A stretch of 62,708 nucleotides of DNA, filler included, from 5 parts of 5 records of this genome joined end to end with filler, not necessarily neighbours in it; one strand, 5' to 3'. Numbered from the whole stretch's first letter, positions 1 to 10,899 are shown. The notes: a model not told the origin generated them from the sequence alone. A program made the numbers and translations.

Positions 1-1
1 G

Positions 2-58
2 GAAGATGCTTCTATCTCTCTATTAGATATTTTGGTAAAATACAACATGAAAAAATAA
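2..58 (+). CDS. exbB: C-terminal fragment of MotA/TolQ/ExbB proton channel protein (5' truncated)
   Basis: Frame reads EDASISLLDILVKYNMKK*, a typical Bacteroidota ExbB C-terminus, upstream of two exbD genes. Confidence 0.7.
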   Translation, partial: EDASISLLDILVKYNMKK

Positions 59-65
59 TTAGACA

Positions 66-512
66 ATGACTAAGCTTTCAAAAATATTAAGTTTTGTACT
101 ATATGGATTGTTAGCTGTAACTGTTGTGTTTACTATACTATACTTTACTGGAGGAGAACTTCCGGGAGAGACGTATTCAACACCAGTTTACACTGACTTA
201 CTTTTAAACTGGGCTAAATTATTAGTTGTTGCTACAGCTATCTGTACCATTTTGTTCGAAGTAGTTAATGTAGTACTAAATCCGAAAAATGCTGTTAGAA
301 GCTTAATCTCAATCGCTGCTTTGGTTGTGATTGCATTAGTTTCATACAGTTTAGCTGATAGTACTCCAATGAATCTTGAAGGTTATGAAGGAGCAGACAA
401 TGTTCCGTCAATGCTTAAAATGGCAGGAGCTTTCCTTTATGGAACCTACGTTTTGTTAGGTATTGTAGTAGTAGCAATTTTAGGTTCGGAATTATCAAGA
501 ATTTTTAAATAA
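66..512 (+). CDS. 4-TM membrane protein of the Bacteroidota exbB-exbD-exbD operon
   Basis: 148 aa with four hydrophobic segments, lying between exbB and exbD. Confidence 0.75.
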   Translation: MTKLSKILSFVLYGLLAVTVVFTILYFTGGELPGETYSTPVYTDLLLNWAKLLVVATAICTILFEVVNVVLNPKNAVRSLISIAALVVIALVSYSLADSTPMNLEGYEGADNVPSMLKMAGAFLYGTYVLLGIVVVAILGSELSRIFK

Positions 513-525
513 TTAGGAGGTAATT

Positions 526-1098
526 ATGGGAAAAAGAGATGTGCAAGAAGTGAATGCAGGTTCTATGGCCGATATTGCATTCCTTTTGCTAATATTCTTC
601 CTTGTAACTACTACCATGAGTACAGATTCAGGTTTAGCTAGGCTTTTGCCACCTCTTGTAGAGGAGGATCAGCCTGAGCCACCACCAATTAAGGATAGAA
701 ATGTTTTTGAGGTTCTTTTGAACAGCAACAATCAACTTTTGGTGGAAAAGAAACCCATGGAGATAGAACAACTCAAGGAAGCTACTAAAGAATTTATATT
801 AAATCCAAACAACTCTGATGATTTACCTGAGTTCAAAGATACTGAGGTAGAGTATTTCGGAGCAGTTAAGGTTTCTAAAGGTGTAATTTCTTTACAAAAC
901 GATAATGGTACAAAGTATCAAGCTTATTTGATGGTTCAAAATGAACTACAAAGAGCCTATACTGAGGTTAGAAATGACTTAGCAAGGAAAAAATGGGGTA
1001 AAGACTATGATGATCTTGATGAAGATCAGCAAAGAGCAGTTCGTACAATTTACCCGCAAAAGATTTCCGAAGCAGAACCTAAAAACATTGGTAAATAA
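526..1098 (+). CDS. exbD: Biopolymer transport protein ExbD/TolR
   Basis: Signature NAGSMADIAFLLLIFFLVTT; RBS AGGAGG. Confidence 0.9.
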   Translation: MGKRDVQEVNAGSMADIAFLLLIFFLVTTTMSTDSGLARLLPPLVEEDQPEPPPIKDRNVFEVLLNSNNQLLVEKKPMEIEQLKEATKEFILNPNNSDDLPEFKDTEVEYFGAVKVSKGVISLQNDNGTKYQAYLMVQNELQRAYTEVRNDLARKKWGKDYDDLDEDQQRAVRTIYPQKISEAEPKNIGK

Positions 1099-1100
1099 TT

Positions 1101-1571
1101 ATGGCAAAGTTTAGAAAAAAGAAAAGTGATAGTGGTCAAGCTATCAATACAGCATCTTTGCCTGATATCGTGTTTATGCTTTTATTCTTCTTTATGGTGT
1201 CAACAACCATGAAGGAGGTTGATTTAAAAGTACAGGTAAGAGCTCCTGAAGCAACAGAACTTGCAAAATTGGAAAAAAAGAGTTTGGTAACTTATATTTA
1301 TGTAGGTGTACCAAAGGGACCTTATAAGGGTTTATATGGATCTGAGCCTAGAGTTCAGTTAAATGACCAGTTTGCTACTGTTGCGGATATTCAAAGTTAC
1401 ATCGCTCAAGAGCGTGAAGATATGAGAGAAGCAGATCGTCCTAAGATGACTACTTCAATCAAAGCTGACTATGATTGTCCAATGGGAATTATTACTGAAA
1501 TAAAGCAGGCATTGCGTAAAGCTCAAGCGCTTAAAATTAATTATTCAGCGCGTCAGAAAACAGAGATGTAA
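1101..1571 (+). CDS. exbD: Biopolymer transport protein ExbD/TolR (second copy)
   Basis: Signature TASLPDIVFMLLFFFMV; C-terminal IKAD...MG. Confidence 0.9.
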   Translation: MAKFRKKKSDSGQAINTASLPDIVFMLLFFFMVSTTMKEVDLKVQVRAPEATELAKLEKKSLVTYIYVGVPKGPYKGLYGSEPRVQLNDQFATVADIQSYIAQEREDMREADRPKMTTSIKADYDCPMGIITEIKQALRKAQALKINYSARQKTEM

Positions 1572-1590
1572 TATCCTGATATACTAAATA

Positions 1591-1621
1591 AAAAAAGGGA
1601 ATCGAAAGATTCCCTTTTTTT
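1591..1621. terminator. Bidirectional intrinsic terminator
   Basis: AAAAAAGGGAATC-GAAA-GATTCCCTTTTTT between convergent exbD and cobT. Confidence 0.85.
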
Positions 1622-1640
1622 GTTATATATAAGTTATCAA

Positions 1641-2699
1641 TTATAATATTCTGATCCCTTTTTTAGTGGTATCTGTTATTTTTCCTTCTTCAAAGGAAGT
1701 CATATTGTTAATCATCTTCACAGCTCCTTCAATTATTGGATAGGCCAAAGCGGCACCTGTTCCTTCACCTAATCTTAAGTCGAGATTTAAAACGGGTTCA
1801 GCATCTAAGTGTTTCATCATCAAGGCATGTCCTCCTTCTTTTGAATGATGAGAGTGTATTACATATTCCAGAACTAATGGATTAATAGCCTGTGCTGCCA
1901 ATAAAGCGGATGTAATTATAAAACCATCATTAAGAATGAGCATTTTTAATTCTGCTGCTTTAAGCATAGCGCCAGCTATTGTCGCAATTTCTAAACCGCC
2001 AAATTGGGATAGTATTTCAAATGGATCAGATAAATTAGGATGATTATTTACTGAATTTTGCAGCGTAATTAGTTTTTGATTAACACCTTGAGTATCTAAT
2101 CCGCTTCCTGGTCCAACACATTTTTCTAGTGGGATATTACAATATAGGCTCATAAGAATAGAAGCAGGAGAGGTATTACCAATTCCCATTTCTCCAAATC
2201 CTATAACATTACAACCTTCTTCATTTAATCCTGTAACAATGTTAGCACCATTATTCATTGCCATTAAGCATTCTTCATTGCTCATGGCAGAGCCTTTTAA
2301 AAAATTTCCAGAACCATTCTTAACTTTTGCATTAATAATTTTAGGATTTCCGGATAAATCGTAATCAACACCTGCATCAACAATAGTTAAATTCATATTG
2401 CTATGGCTTGAAAATAATCCAATTCCACCGCCACCGTTAGAAAAATTAATCATTTGTTGCCAGGTTATCTCCTGAGGGCAAGGACTAACTCCTTCTTCAC
2501 AAATGTGATGATCAGAACCAACAACCATAATATTGGGTTTGTTTAATTTTGGTTGTGTAGTATGCTGAATTCTGCAAATTTGATATGCAATTTTTTCAAG
2601 TTGACCTAATGAACCAAGTGGTTTTGCCTTATGATCAATTTTGTACTTAATTTCATCGTTTAGGTCGTTTGGTAAAGGTGAGATATTAAACTGTATCAT
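1641..2699 (-). CDS. cobT: Nicotinate-nucleotide--dimethylbenzimidazole phosphoribosyltransferase
   Basis: KPLGSLGQLE, GEMGIGNTS, LRLGEGTGAALA motifs. Confidence 0.95.
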   Translation of the reverse strand: MIQFNISPLPNDLNDEIKYKIDHKAKPLGSLGQLEKIAYQICRIQHTTQPKLNKPNIMVVGSDHHICEEGVSPCPQEITWQQMINFSNGGGGIGLFSSHSNMNLTIVDAGVDYDLSGNPKIINAKVKNGSGNFLKGSAMSNEECLMAMNNGANIVTGLNEEGCNVIGFGEMGIGNTSPASILMSLYCNIPLEKCVGPGSGLDTQGVNQKLITLQNSVNNHPNLSDPFEILSQFGGLEIATIAGAMLKAAELKMLILNDGFIITSALLAAQAINPLVLEYVIHSHHSKEGGHALMMKHLDAEPVLNLDLRLGEGTGAALAYPIIEGAVKMINNMTSFEEGKITDTTKKGIRIL

Positions 2700-2748
2700 A
2701 TTTTAATCTACTTAATTAAATAAGGTGCAAATATGATAAAAATTCAAA

Positions 2749-3285
2749 TTAACTGTTCTGTTTAATTAAAGTTCCTTCGATATAAGGTTTTAATCTTTCA
2801 TTTATAAAGTGTCTCCAAACCTTTTCAACAACAGCAGGCCAATCAGGCTTAATCTCACCTGAAGCGTGAACGCTTAACGTTAATAAAGTTGTATTTTTAT
2901 CTATTGACTTAAGTTCAATTGTGCTAACCAAAAGAATAGCATGGCCAGCTAACCCTAAAGGACCTTCTATTCTTAATAGTTTTCCACGTTCTGAAGCTGT
3001 TATAACTGCGTGGCGAACACCATTTCCTTTATCGTCAAAAATTTCCATAAATGAACCACCCGGATGAGAATCAATATATAGAATCTTTGGATCTTTTGAG
3101 AAGGTATGATCCCACCATGGTTTAACATTACCTGTTAAGGTATCGAAAACGGCATAATTATTAGAATTGATTCGGCTTTCAAAACTAAAAGAGAAAGTAG
3201 TTAATGTATTACTTTTTTCATTTATATGTTGGCTGTTACACGCATTTAGAATTAGAATCATGAATAGTATTGTAGTTGTCTTCAT
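2749..3285 (-). CDS. Putative lipoprotein with SRPBCC/START-like domain
   Basis: Lipobox LNAC; WW...PGG.F.E and LRIEGPLG patterns typical of SRPBCC proteins. Confidence 0.55.
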   Translation of the reverse strand: MKTTTILFMILILNACNSQHINEKSNTLTTFSFSFESRINSNNYAVFDTLTGNVKPWWDHTFSKDPKILYIDSHPGGSFMEIFDDKGNGVRHAVITASERGKLLRIEGPLGLAGHAILLVSTIELKSIDKNTTLLTLSVHASGEIKPDWPAVVEKVWRHFINERLKPYIEGTLIKQNS

Positions 3286-3323
3286 AGTATAAATAGTGAA
3301 AATTTAAATAGAGAATATGACAT

Positions 3324-4676
3324 CTATACAGCACCTTGATCCAGCATTGCATCTGCTACTTTTACAAAACCTCCAATATTGGCTCCATCCATATAGTTTA
3401 TGTAACCACCTCGTTTTTTGCCATATTTCATACATGTTGAATGAATTTGTTTCATAATAGATTGAAGCCTCTGATCCACTTCATTCCTATCCCAGGATAA
3501 TCTCATTGCATCCTGACTCATCTCAAATCCAGACACAGCTACTCCTCCAGCATTGGCCGCTTTACCTGGACCATATAGAATTTTATTCTCAATAATTAGG
3601 TTAATAGTGTCTGGGGTGCATGGCATATTGGCTCCTTCGGAAATGCAAATACATCCATTTTTAATCAGTGCTTTAGCATCATCAATTTCAATTTCATTTT
3701 GAGTAGCACACGGTAAGGCTATGTGCGCTTCTTCATTCCAGGGACGTGCATTTTCTACATATTTGACCTTGTATTTTTCAGCGTATTCTTTAATTCTTCC
3801 TCGTTGTTTGTTTTTCAGATCCTTGATATATTCCAATTTTTCAATTGAAATCCCATCTGGATCAAAAATATAGCCACTGCTATCGGACATGGATAGGACT
3901 TTACCGTCTAACTCGATTACTTTTTCTGCTGAAAACTGTGCGACATTACCAGAACCTGATATTAATACTTTTTTGTTTTTAAAGCTTTCATTTCGTGTTT
4001 GCAGCATTTCCTGGGCAAAATACACATTACCATAACCGGTTGCTTCGGGGCGGATTAAACTGCCTCCCCAATTAATTCCTTTACCTGTTAAAACACCAGA
4101 GAACTCGTTTTTAATTCTTTTATATTGTCCAAATAAATAGCCGATTTCCCGACCTCCAACACCAATATCTCCAGCTGGAATGTCGGTATTAGCACCAATA
4201 TGTCTATAGAGCTCGGTCATAAAACTTTGGCAAAACCGCATCACTTCATTGTCCGATTTTCCTTTAGGATCAAAATCAGACCCCCCTTTACCACCTCCCA
4301 TAGGTAAAGTTGTAAGGCAGTTTTTTAAGACTTGTTCAAAGGCTAAAAATTTTAATATTCCCAGATTAACAGTTGGGTGAAAGCGCAAGCCTCCTTTATA
4401 GGGCCCTAAAGCACTATTCATTTCGATTCTAAAACCTCTGTTAACAACTAATTTACCAATATCATTTAGCCAAGGAACTCTAAATATTATAATTCTCTCA
4501 GGCTCGACTAAACGTTCCAGAATACCACTTTGAATATAATGAGGATTCTCTTCCAGATAGTTTTGTAAAGATTGAAGAACTTCGTAAACAGCTTGATGGT
4601 ATTCAGGTTGAGCTGGGTTTTTGATAACAAGATTATCAATAAAACTCTCCATATACATTTGTACTTGAGTTTTCAT
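3324..4676 (-). CDS. gdhA: NADP-specific glutamate dehydrogenase
   Basis: GPYKGGLRFHP, MGGGKGGSDFDPK, DIPAGDIGVG, GSGNVA motifs. Confidence 0.97.
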   Translation of the reverse strand: MKTQVQMYMESFIDNLVIKNPAQPEYHQAVYEVLQSLQNYLEENPHYIQSGILERLVEPERIIIFRVPWLNDIGKLVVNRGFRIEMNSALGPYKGGLRFHPTVNLGILKFLAFEQVLKNCLTTLPMGGGKGGSDFDPKGKSDNEVMRFCQSFMTELYRHIGANTDIPAGDIGVGGREIGYLFGQYKRIKNEFSGVLTGKGINWGGSLIRPEATGYGNVYFAQEMLQTRNESFKNKKVLISGSGNVAQFSAEKVIELDGKVLSMSDSSGYIFDPDGISIEKLEYIKDLKNKQRGRIKEYAEKYKVKYVENARPWNEEAHIALPCATQNEIEIDDAKALIKNGCICISEGANMPCTPDTINLIIENKILYGPGKAANAGGVAVSGFEMSQDAMRLSWDRNEVDQRLQSIMKQIHSTCMKYGKKRGGYINYMDGANIGGFVKVADAMLDQGAV

Positions 4677-4793
4677 AATACAGAGATTTAGATGTTTGTA
4701 TTGGATAGAATAAAAGTTAGGTATTTTTATATTAAACCTCCAATAATTGAGCTACTTAATAAACTGATATTTGTCACAGGGTTTAAGTAAGAT

Positions 4794-7790
4794 ATGACAG
4801 GTATTAGCCGTATTATTTCCATAACTTTGTTGAATAATATGGATGAAATGGAATATTCAAGCATCTTTACACAAACAGCTTTTAATAAGCTGATGCAAAA
4901 ACGAATTCAGACGGTTCTATTAATCTCAAGTAATTATGATGCATTTTTATTGGAGGAAGATGGACGTATTGAGGAGCAGATTTTTAATGAATATGTTTCA
5001 TTGAACCTTAGATATCCACCTCACTTTATTCAGGTATCTACGGCAAATGATGCACTGAATATTTTAAAGACTACTAAAGTGGATTTGATTATTTCGATGC
5101 TTAGTATTGGAGGAATGGATCCTTTTAGTTTATCGAAAAATATAAAGAAAGATTATCCGAATATTCCTATAGTTGTATTGACTCCTTTTTCCCGTGAAGT
5201 AAGTTTGAAATTAAGTAAAGAGGATACGGCCGCCATTGACCATATTTTTTGTTGGTTGGGAAATGCAGATATTTTAGTGGCAATCATTAAGCTGATAGAG
5301 GATGAAATGAATGCAGCTCATGATATTTTAGCGGTTGGGGTTCAGTGTATTATTTTAGTAGAAGATTCTATTCGCTACTATTCGAGCTACTTGCCCACCA
5401 TATATAGAATTGTATTTAATCAGTCCAAAAAGTTTATGTCAGAAGGTCTTAATGAGCATCAAAAGATGATGCGATTAAGAGGAAGACCAAAGATATTATT
5501 AGCCAGAAACTATGAAGAAGCGATTCAAATTTATCAGAAGTATAAGACTAATGCCTTAGGAGTTATTTCTGATGTTTCATTCAATAAAGATGGAATTAAA
5601 TATGCTAAAGCAGGAATAGAATTGGCTGAAAAAGTAAAGCAGGATGACGCTTACATGCCATTTTTATTGCAATCTTCTGATATTGAAATGGAGAAGATTG
5701 CCAAGCAAATCAAGGTTGGGTTTTTATATAAATACTCCAAAACATTGCTTCAGGAGTTAAAACAATTTCTTAAAGTAAACCTGGCTTTTGGCGACTTTGT
5801 TTTTGTTGATCCTGGTAGTGGAGAAGAGGTTGGTAGGGTAAAAGATTTAAAAGAATTACAGGAAAAACTATTTAACCTTCCGGACGAATCCTTACAATAC
5901 CATTTTCAAAGGGATCATATCTCAAAATGGCTTAAGGCCAGAGCTTTGTTTCCAATCGCAGAGGTAATTAAAAACTTAAAAGTAGAAGATTTTGGTAGTC
6001 TAGAAGCGTCAAAACAATTTTTGCATAGCACAATTGTAAACTTTCGGATATCAAAAAATAAAGGTGTTATAGCAACATTCTATCCGGACACTTATGATGA
6101 ATTCGTTCGCTTTGCCAGAATAGGAGAGGGCTCAATTGGAGGTAAAGCAAGAGGTTTAGCTTTTCTAAATACGATTATAAATAAAAATTCAGAGGAGTTG
6201 GATTTTGAAGAGGTTAAAGTTACAATTCCTCGTACTGTGGTGATTGGAACTGACATTTTTGAGATATTTATGGAGCAAAATAATCTCTACGAAATCGGCT
6301 TGTCGGATTTGTCAGATGAAGAAATTTTAGAAAAGTTTGTGCAGGCAGAATTACCGCATAAGTCCGATTTATATCTCCGTCAATTTGTTTCTGTTATTGA
6401 TAACCCAATTGCTGTGCGTTCGTCCAGCGTGCTCGAAGATAGCCACTATCAGCCATTTGCGGGGGTGTACTCAACTTATATGATATCTAATACAGATGAA
6501 ACAGAAGTGGTAATGCAACAAATTGCAGATGCCATAAAGTGTGTTTATGCCTCTGTTTATTTTAAATCGAGCAAATCTTATATGCAGGCCACCTTAAATA
6601 TTATTGATGAAGAAAGGATGGGTATTGTATTGCAAGAGGTGGTGGGGCAGTTGCACAAAAATAGGTTTTATCCAACAGTTTCTGGGGTGGCTCGATCAGT
6701 AAATTTTTATCCCATTGCTCCAGAAAGAGCACAAGATGGAATAGTTAATGTGGCTTTAGGGTTAGGAAAGCAAATTGTAGAAGGCGGTGTTTCATTGCGC
6801 TTTTCTCCTGAATATCCGCAAAAAGCTTTGCAGCTTTCTACTCCGGAGTTTACGATAAAGGATACGCAAAAAAAGTTTTTTGCTTTGGATATGGATAACA
6901 ATTCATTTGTACCATCAGTTAACGACGCAGTTAATTTATTGCATTTGGATATAAAAGAAGCTATGGCGGATAACAGTTTAAGATGGATTGGCTCTATTTT
7001 CGATTATCAAAACAATATTATCAGGGATGGAATTATGCATAAGGGAATTCCATTGGTCACTTTTTCTAATATTTTAAAAAATGATGCTTTCCCACTCGCA
7101 AAAGTCGTAAAAAAAGTAATGGATATAGGTCAGCGAGAAATGAACCAACCAGTTGAAGTAGAGTTTGCGATTGACCTTCAAAATAAAGAAGGAAAGCCTG
7201 TGTTTTATCCTCTTCAAATCAGGCCTATAGTTGAAGGAGAGGAAACCTTTAATGAAAAAATTGATGAACTAAAACCAGAGGAACAATTAATCTATTCAAG
7301 CAATGCCTTAGGAAATGGTGTTATTGATAATTTGTGTGATGTGGTATTTGTAAAGTCAGCTAATTTCCATCCATCAAATATGGTAAAGATGGTTGCCGGA
7401 ATCGAACAGTTAAATAAAAATTTGTTAGATGAAGGTAGAAATTACATTTTGATTGGTCCTGGACGATGGGGATCACAAGATCCTCGCCTAGGTATTCCTG
7501 TTAAGTGGCCTCAGATATCAGGAGCTCGTATAATTGTGGAGACGGCTTTGGATGGATTTTGCGTGGATCCAAGTCAGGGAACCCATTTTTTTCAAAACCT
7601 GACCTCACTTAGAGTGGGATACCTGACAGTTAACTTAGTAACAGAAGATGGATATTATAATGAGGGTTTTTTGAATGAAATGGTTCCTCAATATGAAAAT
7701 GATTGGATAAAACATGTTAGGTTTGATAAGGAAGCTAAAGTAAAAATTGATGGAAAAAAAGGTTTAGCTGCCATCATGTTACCACAATAG
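4794..7790 (+). CDS. Receiver-like domains fused to a PEP synthase/PPDK N-terminal ATP-grasp domain
   Basis: N-terminal REC-like segments; IGGKARGL, AVRSSSVLED...FAGVY, MGIVLQEVVG, LQIRP motifs; start may be a downstream Met. Confidence 0.85.
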   Translation: MTGISRIISITLLNNMDEMEYSSIFTQTAFNKLMQKRIQTVLLISSNYDAFLLEEDGRIEEQIFNEYVSLNLRYPPHFIQVSTANDALNILKTTKVDLIISMLSIGGMDPFSLSKNIKKDYPNIPIVVLTPFSREVSLKLSKEDTAAIDHIFCWLGNADILVAIIKLIEDEMNAAHDILAVGVQCIILVEDSIRYYSSYLPTIYRIVFNQSKKFMSEGLNEHQKMMRLRGRPKILLARNYEEAIQIYQKYKTNALGVISDVSFNKDGIKYAKAGIELAEKVKQDDAYMPFLLQSSDIEMEKIAKQIKVGFLYKYSKTLLQELKQFLKVNLAFGDFVFVDPGSGEEVGRVKDLKELQEKLFNLPDESLQYHFQRDHISKWLKARALFPIAEVIKNLKVEDFGSLEASKQFLHSTIVNFRISKNKGVIATFYPDTYDEFVRFARIGEGSIGGKARGLAFLNTIINKNSEELDFEEVKVTIPRTVVIGTDIFEIFMEQNNLYEIGLSDLSDEEILEKFVQAELPHKSDLYLRQFVSVIDNPIAVRSSSVLEDSHYQPFAGVYSTYMISNTDETEVVMQQIADAIKCVYASVYFKSSKSYMQATLNIIDEERMGIVLQEVVGQLHKNRFYPTVSGVARSVNFYPIAPERAQDGIVNVALGLGKQIVEGGVSLRFSPEYPQKALQLSTPEFTIKDTQKKFFALDMDNNSFVPSVNDAVNLLHLDIKEAMADNSLRWIGSIFDYQNNIIRDGIMHKGIPLVTFSNILKNDAFPLAKVVKKVMDIGQREMNQPVEVEFAIDLQNKEGKPVFYPLQIRPIVEGEETFNEKIDELKPEEQLIYSSNALGNGVIDNLCDVVFVKSANFHPSNMVKMVAGIEQLNKNLLDEGRNYILIGPGRWGSQDPRLGIPVKWPQISGARIIVETALDGFCVDPSQGTHFFQNLTSLRVGYLTVNLVTEDGYYNEGFLNEMVPQYENDWIKHVRFDKEAKVKIDGKKGLAAIMLPQ

Positions 7791-7829
7791 TTATAAACAA
7801 ATTTAGATGTTATTCAATAAGTAAAGATC

Positions 7830-9569
7830 TTAACTAAGATGGTGTTTGATCTTACTAATTAAATCTTCTGGTTGAAAAGGTTTACTAATATAATCATCCA
7901 TACCGCTTGCCATACATCTTTCTTTGTCTTCAGGGAATGCATTTGCCGTAACAGCGATAATTGGAGTATGAGTATTGGTGCTTTTCTCAATTTCTCTGAT
8001 TTTTTGAGTGGCTTTAAAACCATCCATAATAGGCATTTGTACATCCATTAGTATTAAGTCATACTTAGCTTTTCCAAACTTGTCTAAAGCCTCTTTCCCG
8101 TTGTAAGCAACTTCAATTTTCTTAACTTCATTTTTAATATAAAGTATAATAATTTGTTGATTACTAAAGTTATCTTCTACCAAGAGGATGTTAGCATCCT
8201 TAATGTCAACTGAAGGTTTGAAGAATGAGTCATTACTAGCAACCTTGTCTTTAATGTTTTGAACAGAGATACTTTGTTTGTTTTCTTTAAAGGTAATACC
8301 AAATTCAAACACCGTTTCATCAGTTCCTGGATGAATAGCTAAAGAGTGTCCATCTTGCTCAATTAATTTTTGTGTTAAGCCCAACTCTAAAAACTGAATA
8401 TGTTTAGATGTATTTAATCTAATAATGTCGGTTTCATATAAAGAATCATCTGACTTATATTCTTTAGGAAATGGAATGGAACTATAGCTGGTTAATTTAA
8501 AATTTAACTCGATATTTCCAGGCATACTGTTGCCTCTCGAAACTTCGATGTTGATTTTAGTAACCTCTGAAATATTATATTTTGCAATGCTATTCAGAAT
8601 ATTTAAAAATATCTGTTTGGTTTTAATAGCATTACCAGTCATTGTTGAAGGAATATCAGCAGAAAAAGATAAACTAAACTTTTGTTTGCTGTTGTTTTCA
8701 GAGAATAACCTGATAGTATTGTTTAAAGTGGAATAAAGATTAAAACTAATCTGCTCTTCAGTAATTGGCTTTAAACCCGATTTTTGTGCAGAAACCATAT
8801 TTGAAACTACATTCACCATGTTATTCGCAGAAGCATGAATGGTATTGATGTAATCTCGCTGATCATCTGTTAGGTTTGTTTTTCCAAGAATGTCTAGTAT
8901 TCCTGTAATATTACTGAGTGGCGTTCTTATTTGTCTCGACAGGTTCGAGATTTGTTCTTCCTGCGATGTTTTTGTGTTTTGAGAATTAATCATAGCACGT
9001 TCTTTTGTGAGCATCACCTCTGCAAACATAAACTTTAAAGTATAAGCTATGATGAAAGAAAATAAAAAGTAAATCGAGAAAAGAACTTCTATATTAAAAG
9101 AATAAACCTGTGCCTGAGGAATAATTTTGGACAGAATAACAAAATCCAGAATGATAAATAAAAAAACAAATAATGAATAAATAGAACCTCTTTGCCTTCC
9201 AAATAAGTTAATGGAAATAAAAGGTAAACTCCCTACCCAAATGATATTTACGCCTGTTGATCCTCCAAAAACAATAAAAAACAGAAAAGTAATCATTATA
9301 AAGACAAACAAAATTTCTTTATAATAATTAGCATTGGGTCTTTTGCCCATATATAAGTAGTTAAAGGCAAATAACACACTAAAGAACAAAAGAGGGCCTG
9401 CAAAAAATAAATTCTCTTCAAGTAATGATACAATTCCTTCTATAAAAACAATGACAAAAAGAAAGAAGTTTAAAACATTGGTTAATAAAAGTGTGGTTTT
9501 GGTTTCCACTTCCAATTTTTCGTCTTGTTCAAAAGCAAATAGTAGTAAAAACTTGTTTATCAACTTCAT
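7830..9569 (-). CDS. Membrane-bound hybrid sensor kinase-like protein with degenerate kinase core and C-terminal receiver
   Basis: About 6 TM helices; H-box-like LSRQIRTPL; intact REC (LLVEDN, LMDVQMPIMDG, TANA, KP). Confidence 0.85.
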   Translation of the reverse strand: MKLINKFLLLFAFEQDEKLEVETKTTLLLTNVLNFFLFVIVFIEGIVSLLEENLFFAGPLLFFSVLFAFNYLYMGKRPNANYYKEILFVFIMITFLFFIVFGGSTGVNIIWVGSLPFISINLFGRQRGSIYSLFVFLFIILDFVILSKIIPQAQVYSFNIEVLFSIYFLFSFIIAYTLKFMFAEVMLTKERAMINSQNTKTSQEEQISNLSRQIRTPLSNITGILDILGKTNLTDDQRDYINTIHASANNMVNVVSNMVSAQKSGLKPITEEQISFNLYSTLNNTIRLFSENNSKQKFSLSFSADIPSTMTGNAIKTKQIFLNILNSIAKYNISEVTKINIEVSRGNSMPGNIELNFKLTSYSSIPFPKEYKSDDSLYETDIIRLNTSKHIQFLELGLTQKLIEQDGHSLAIHPGTDETVFEFGITFKENKQSISVQNIKDKVASNDSFFKPSVDIKDANILLVEDNFSNQQIIILYIKNEVKKIEVAYNGKEALDKFGKAKYDLILMDVQMPIMDGFKATQKIREIEKSTNTHTPIIAVTANAFPEDKERCMASGMDDYISKPFQPEDLISKIKHHLS

Positions 9570-10029
9570 GTTCTATTATTTTCTATAACCTTCAGTGAGG
9601 TAAAAATACTGAAGATTTTTTTTAATATTATTGGTTATAACAATTCGCTAAAATGCCCGTACAACGCTTAAATTACGGCATGAATATGCGATATTTAATT
9701 GAATTTGTAAAGACAATTATTAAAGATATTATAAAAATGATTTATCTACTAATTTTATTGAGCTTTAAACCGATTAATTTAAGTGAATTAGAAAGTTTTT
9801 AGACTGTTTTGAATTCTAAATTTCTAGCCTACTAATTTTAATTCCAATCAAAAAATGTACGTAATTTGTTATCTTTATTATTGAATAAATCTTTTTGTCT
9901 AAAAGAGCTTTTTAATGCGGTTAATTCAATTTTTATAAGCAAAAGAAAGAAGTTTACCGATTGAAAAGTAATAGAATAGTTTTAAAATATTAATATATAA
10001 TGATTAACACAAACAAAAATAACTTTGCA

Positions 10030-10875
10030 ATGAAAACAATTATTCTCAACTTATTTTTACTATTTACAGTAACTGCTATGGCTCAACATCATGTGCCAAC
10101 AGAGCAGGATTACAAAGACTTTTTAAAAACAAAAACTTTTGTTGTGATGGATGAAAATCCAATGTCGGATTTTAACTTCATGATAAAAAAGGTAATGCCA
10201 AGAATCTGGAATGTTACAGAATATGAAGTCATTTCACAGGTGGAGTTTGAAGAAAAGAGGAGAGATCCGTCTTATTCTTTTATCGTAACTTCGACAGTTA
10301 CTTTTGATAAAGACAAAACAAAAGCCAGATACAAATTTGTGAGTTTGCTTTTAGGGAAAGATGTATATTCTATTACAGATATGCCTGATTTATGTTCTAT
10401 TCCTTTATCATATTTGCGAGTGGAAGATGATAGCTATGCCTATATGATGGAAGGCTTTATCAGATTTATTCAGGATCATGTAAATTTAGTTATTAAAAAC
10501 CCTAAAATTATTGGGGCTAATATGTTTACGTATTATAATAAGAACGTAAAGACTTTAAGCAATAAAAAGCTGTATGTGGTAAAAGAAGACCTTGCACCTG
10601 ATGCAAATACCATTGCTAAAATCCATTCAGTTTATCCTTATACAGTAGAAATTGTAACGCAGGATGAAATTACAAAAGCTATTGAATCAAAGGATCCGGA
10701 TGTGGTATTTTTACACAAGGTAGGTCCTGAAGGAACACGCTACAAAGCCAGGTGTTATAAGATATTAATTGGTGCTGCCGATTCCCAGTTTTATTATTTT
10801 GATTGGCATATGATTAGTCTAAAGAAAAGAGATGGTTTATTATTGAAAGATTTTAAAGCCATGGCAAAAAAATAA
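10030..10875 (+). CDS. Exported hypothetical protein
   Basis: Signal peptide MKTIILNLFLLFTVTAMA-Q; ORF track opens at 10000. Confidence 0.7.
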   Translation: MKTIILNLFLLFTVTAMAQHHVPTEQDYKDFLKTKTFVVMDENPMSDFNFMIKKVMPRIWNVTEYEVISQVEFEEKRRDPSYSFIVTSTVTFDKDKTKARYKFVSLLLGKDVYSITDMPDLCSIPLSYLRVEDDSYAYMMEGFIRFIQDHVNLVIKNPKIIGANMFTYYNKNVKTLSNKKLYVVKEDLAPDANTIAKIHSVYPYTVEIVTQDEITKAIESKDPDVVFLHKVGPEGTRYKARCYKILIGAADSQFYYFDWHMISLKKRDGLLLKDFKAMAKK

Positions 10876-10899
10876 ATGTTTATTGTATCATTAAAATTG

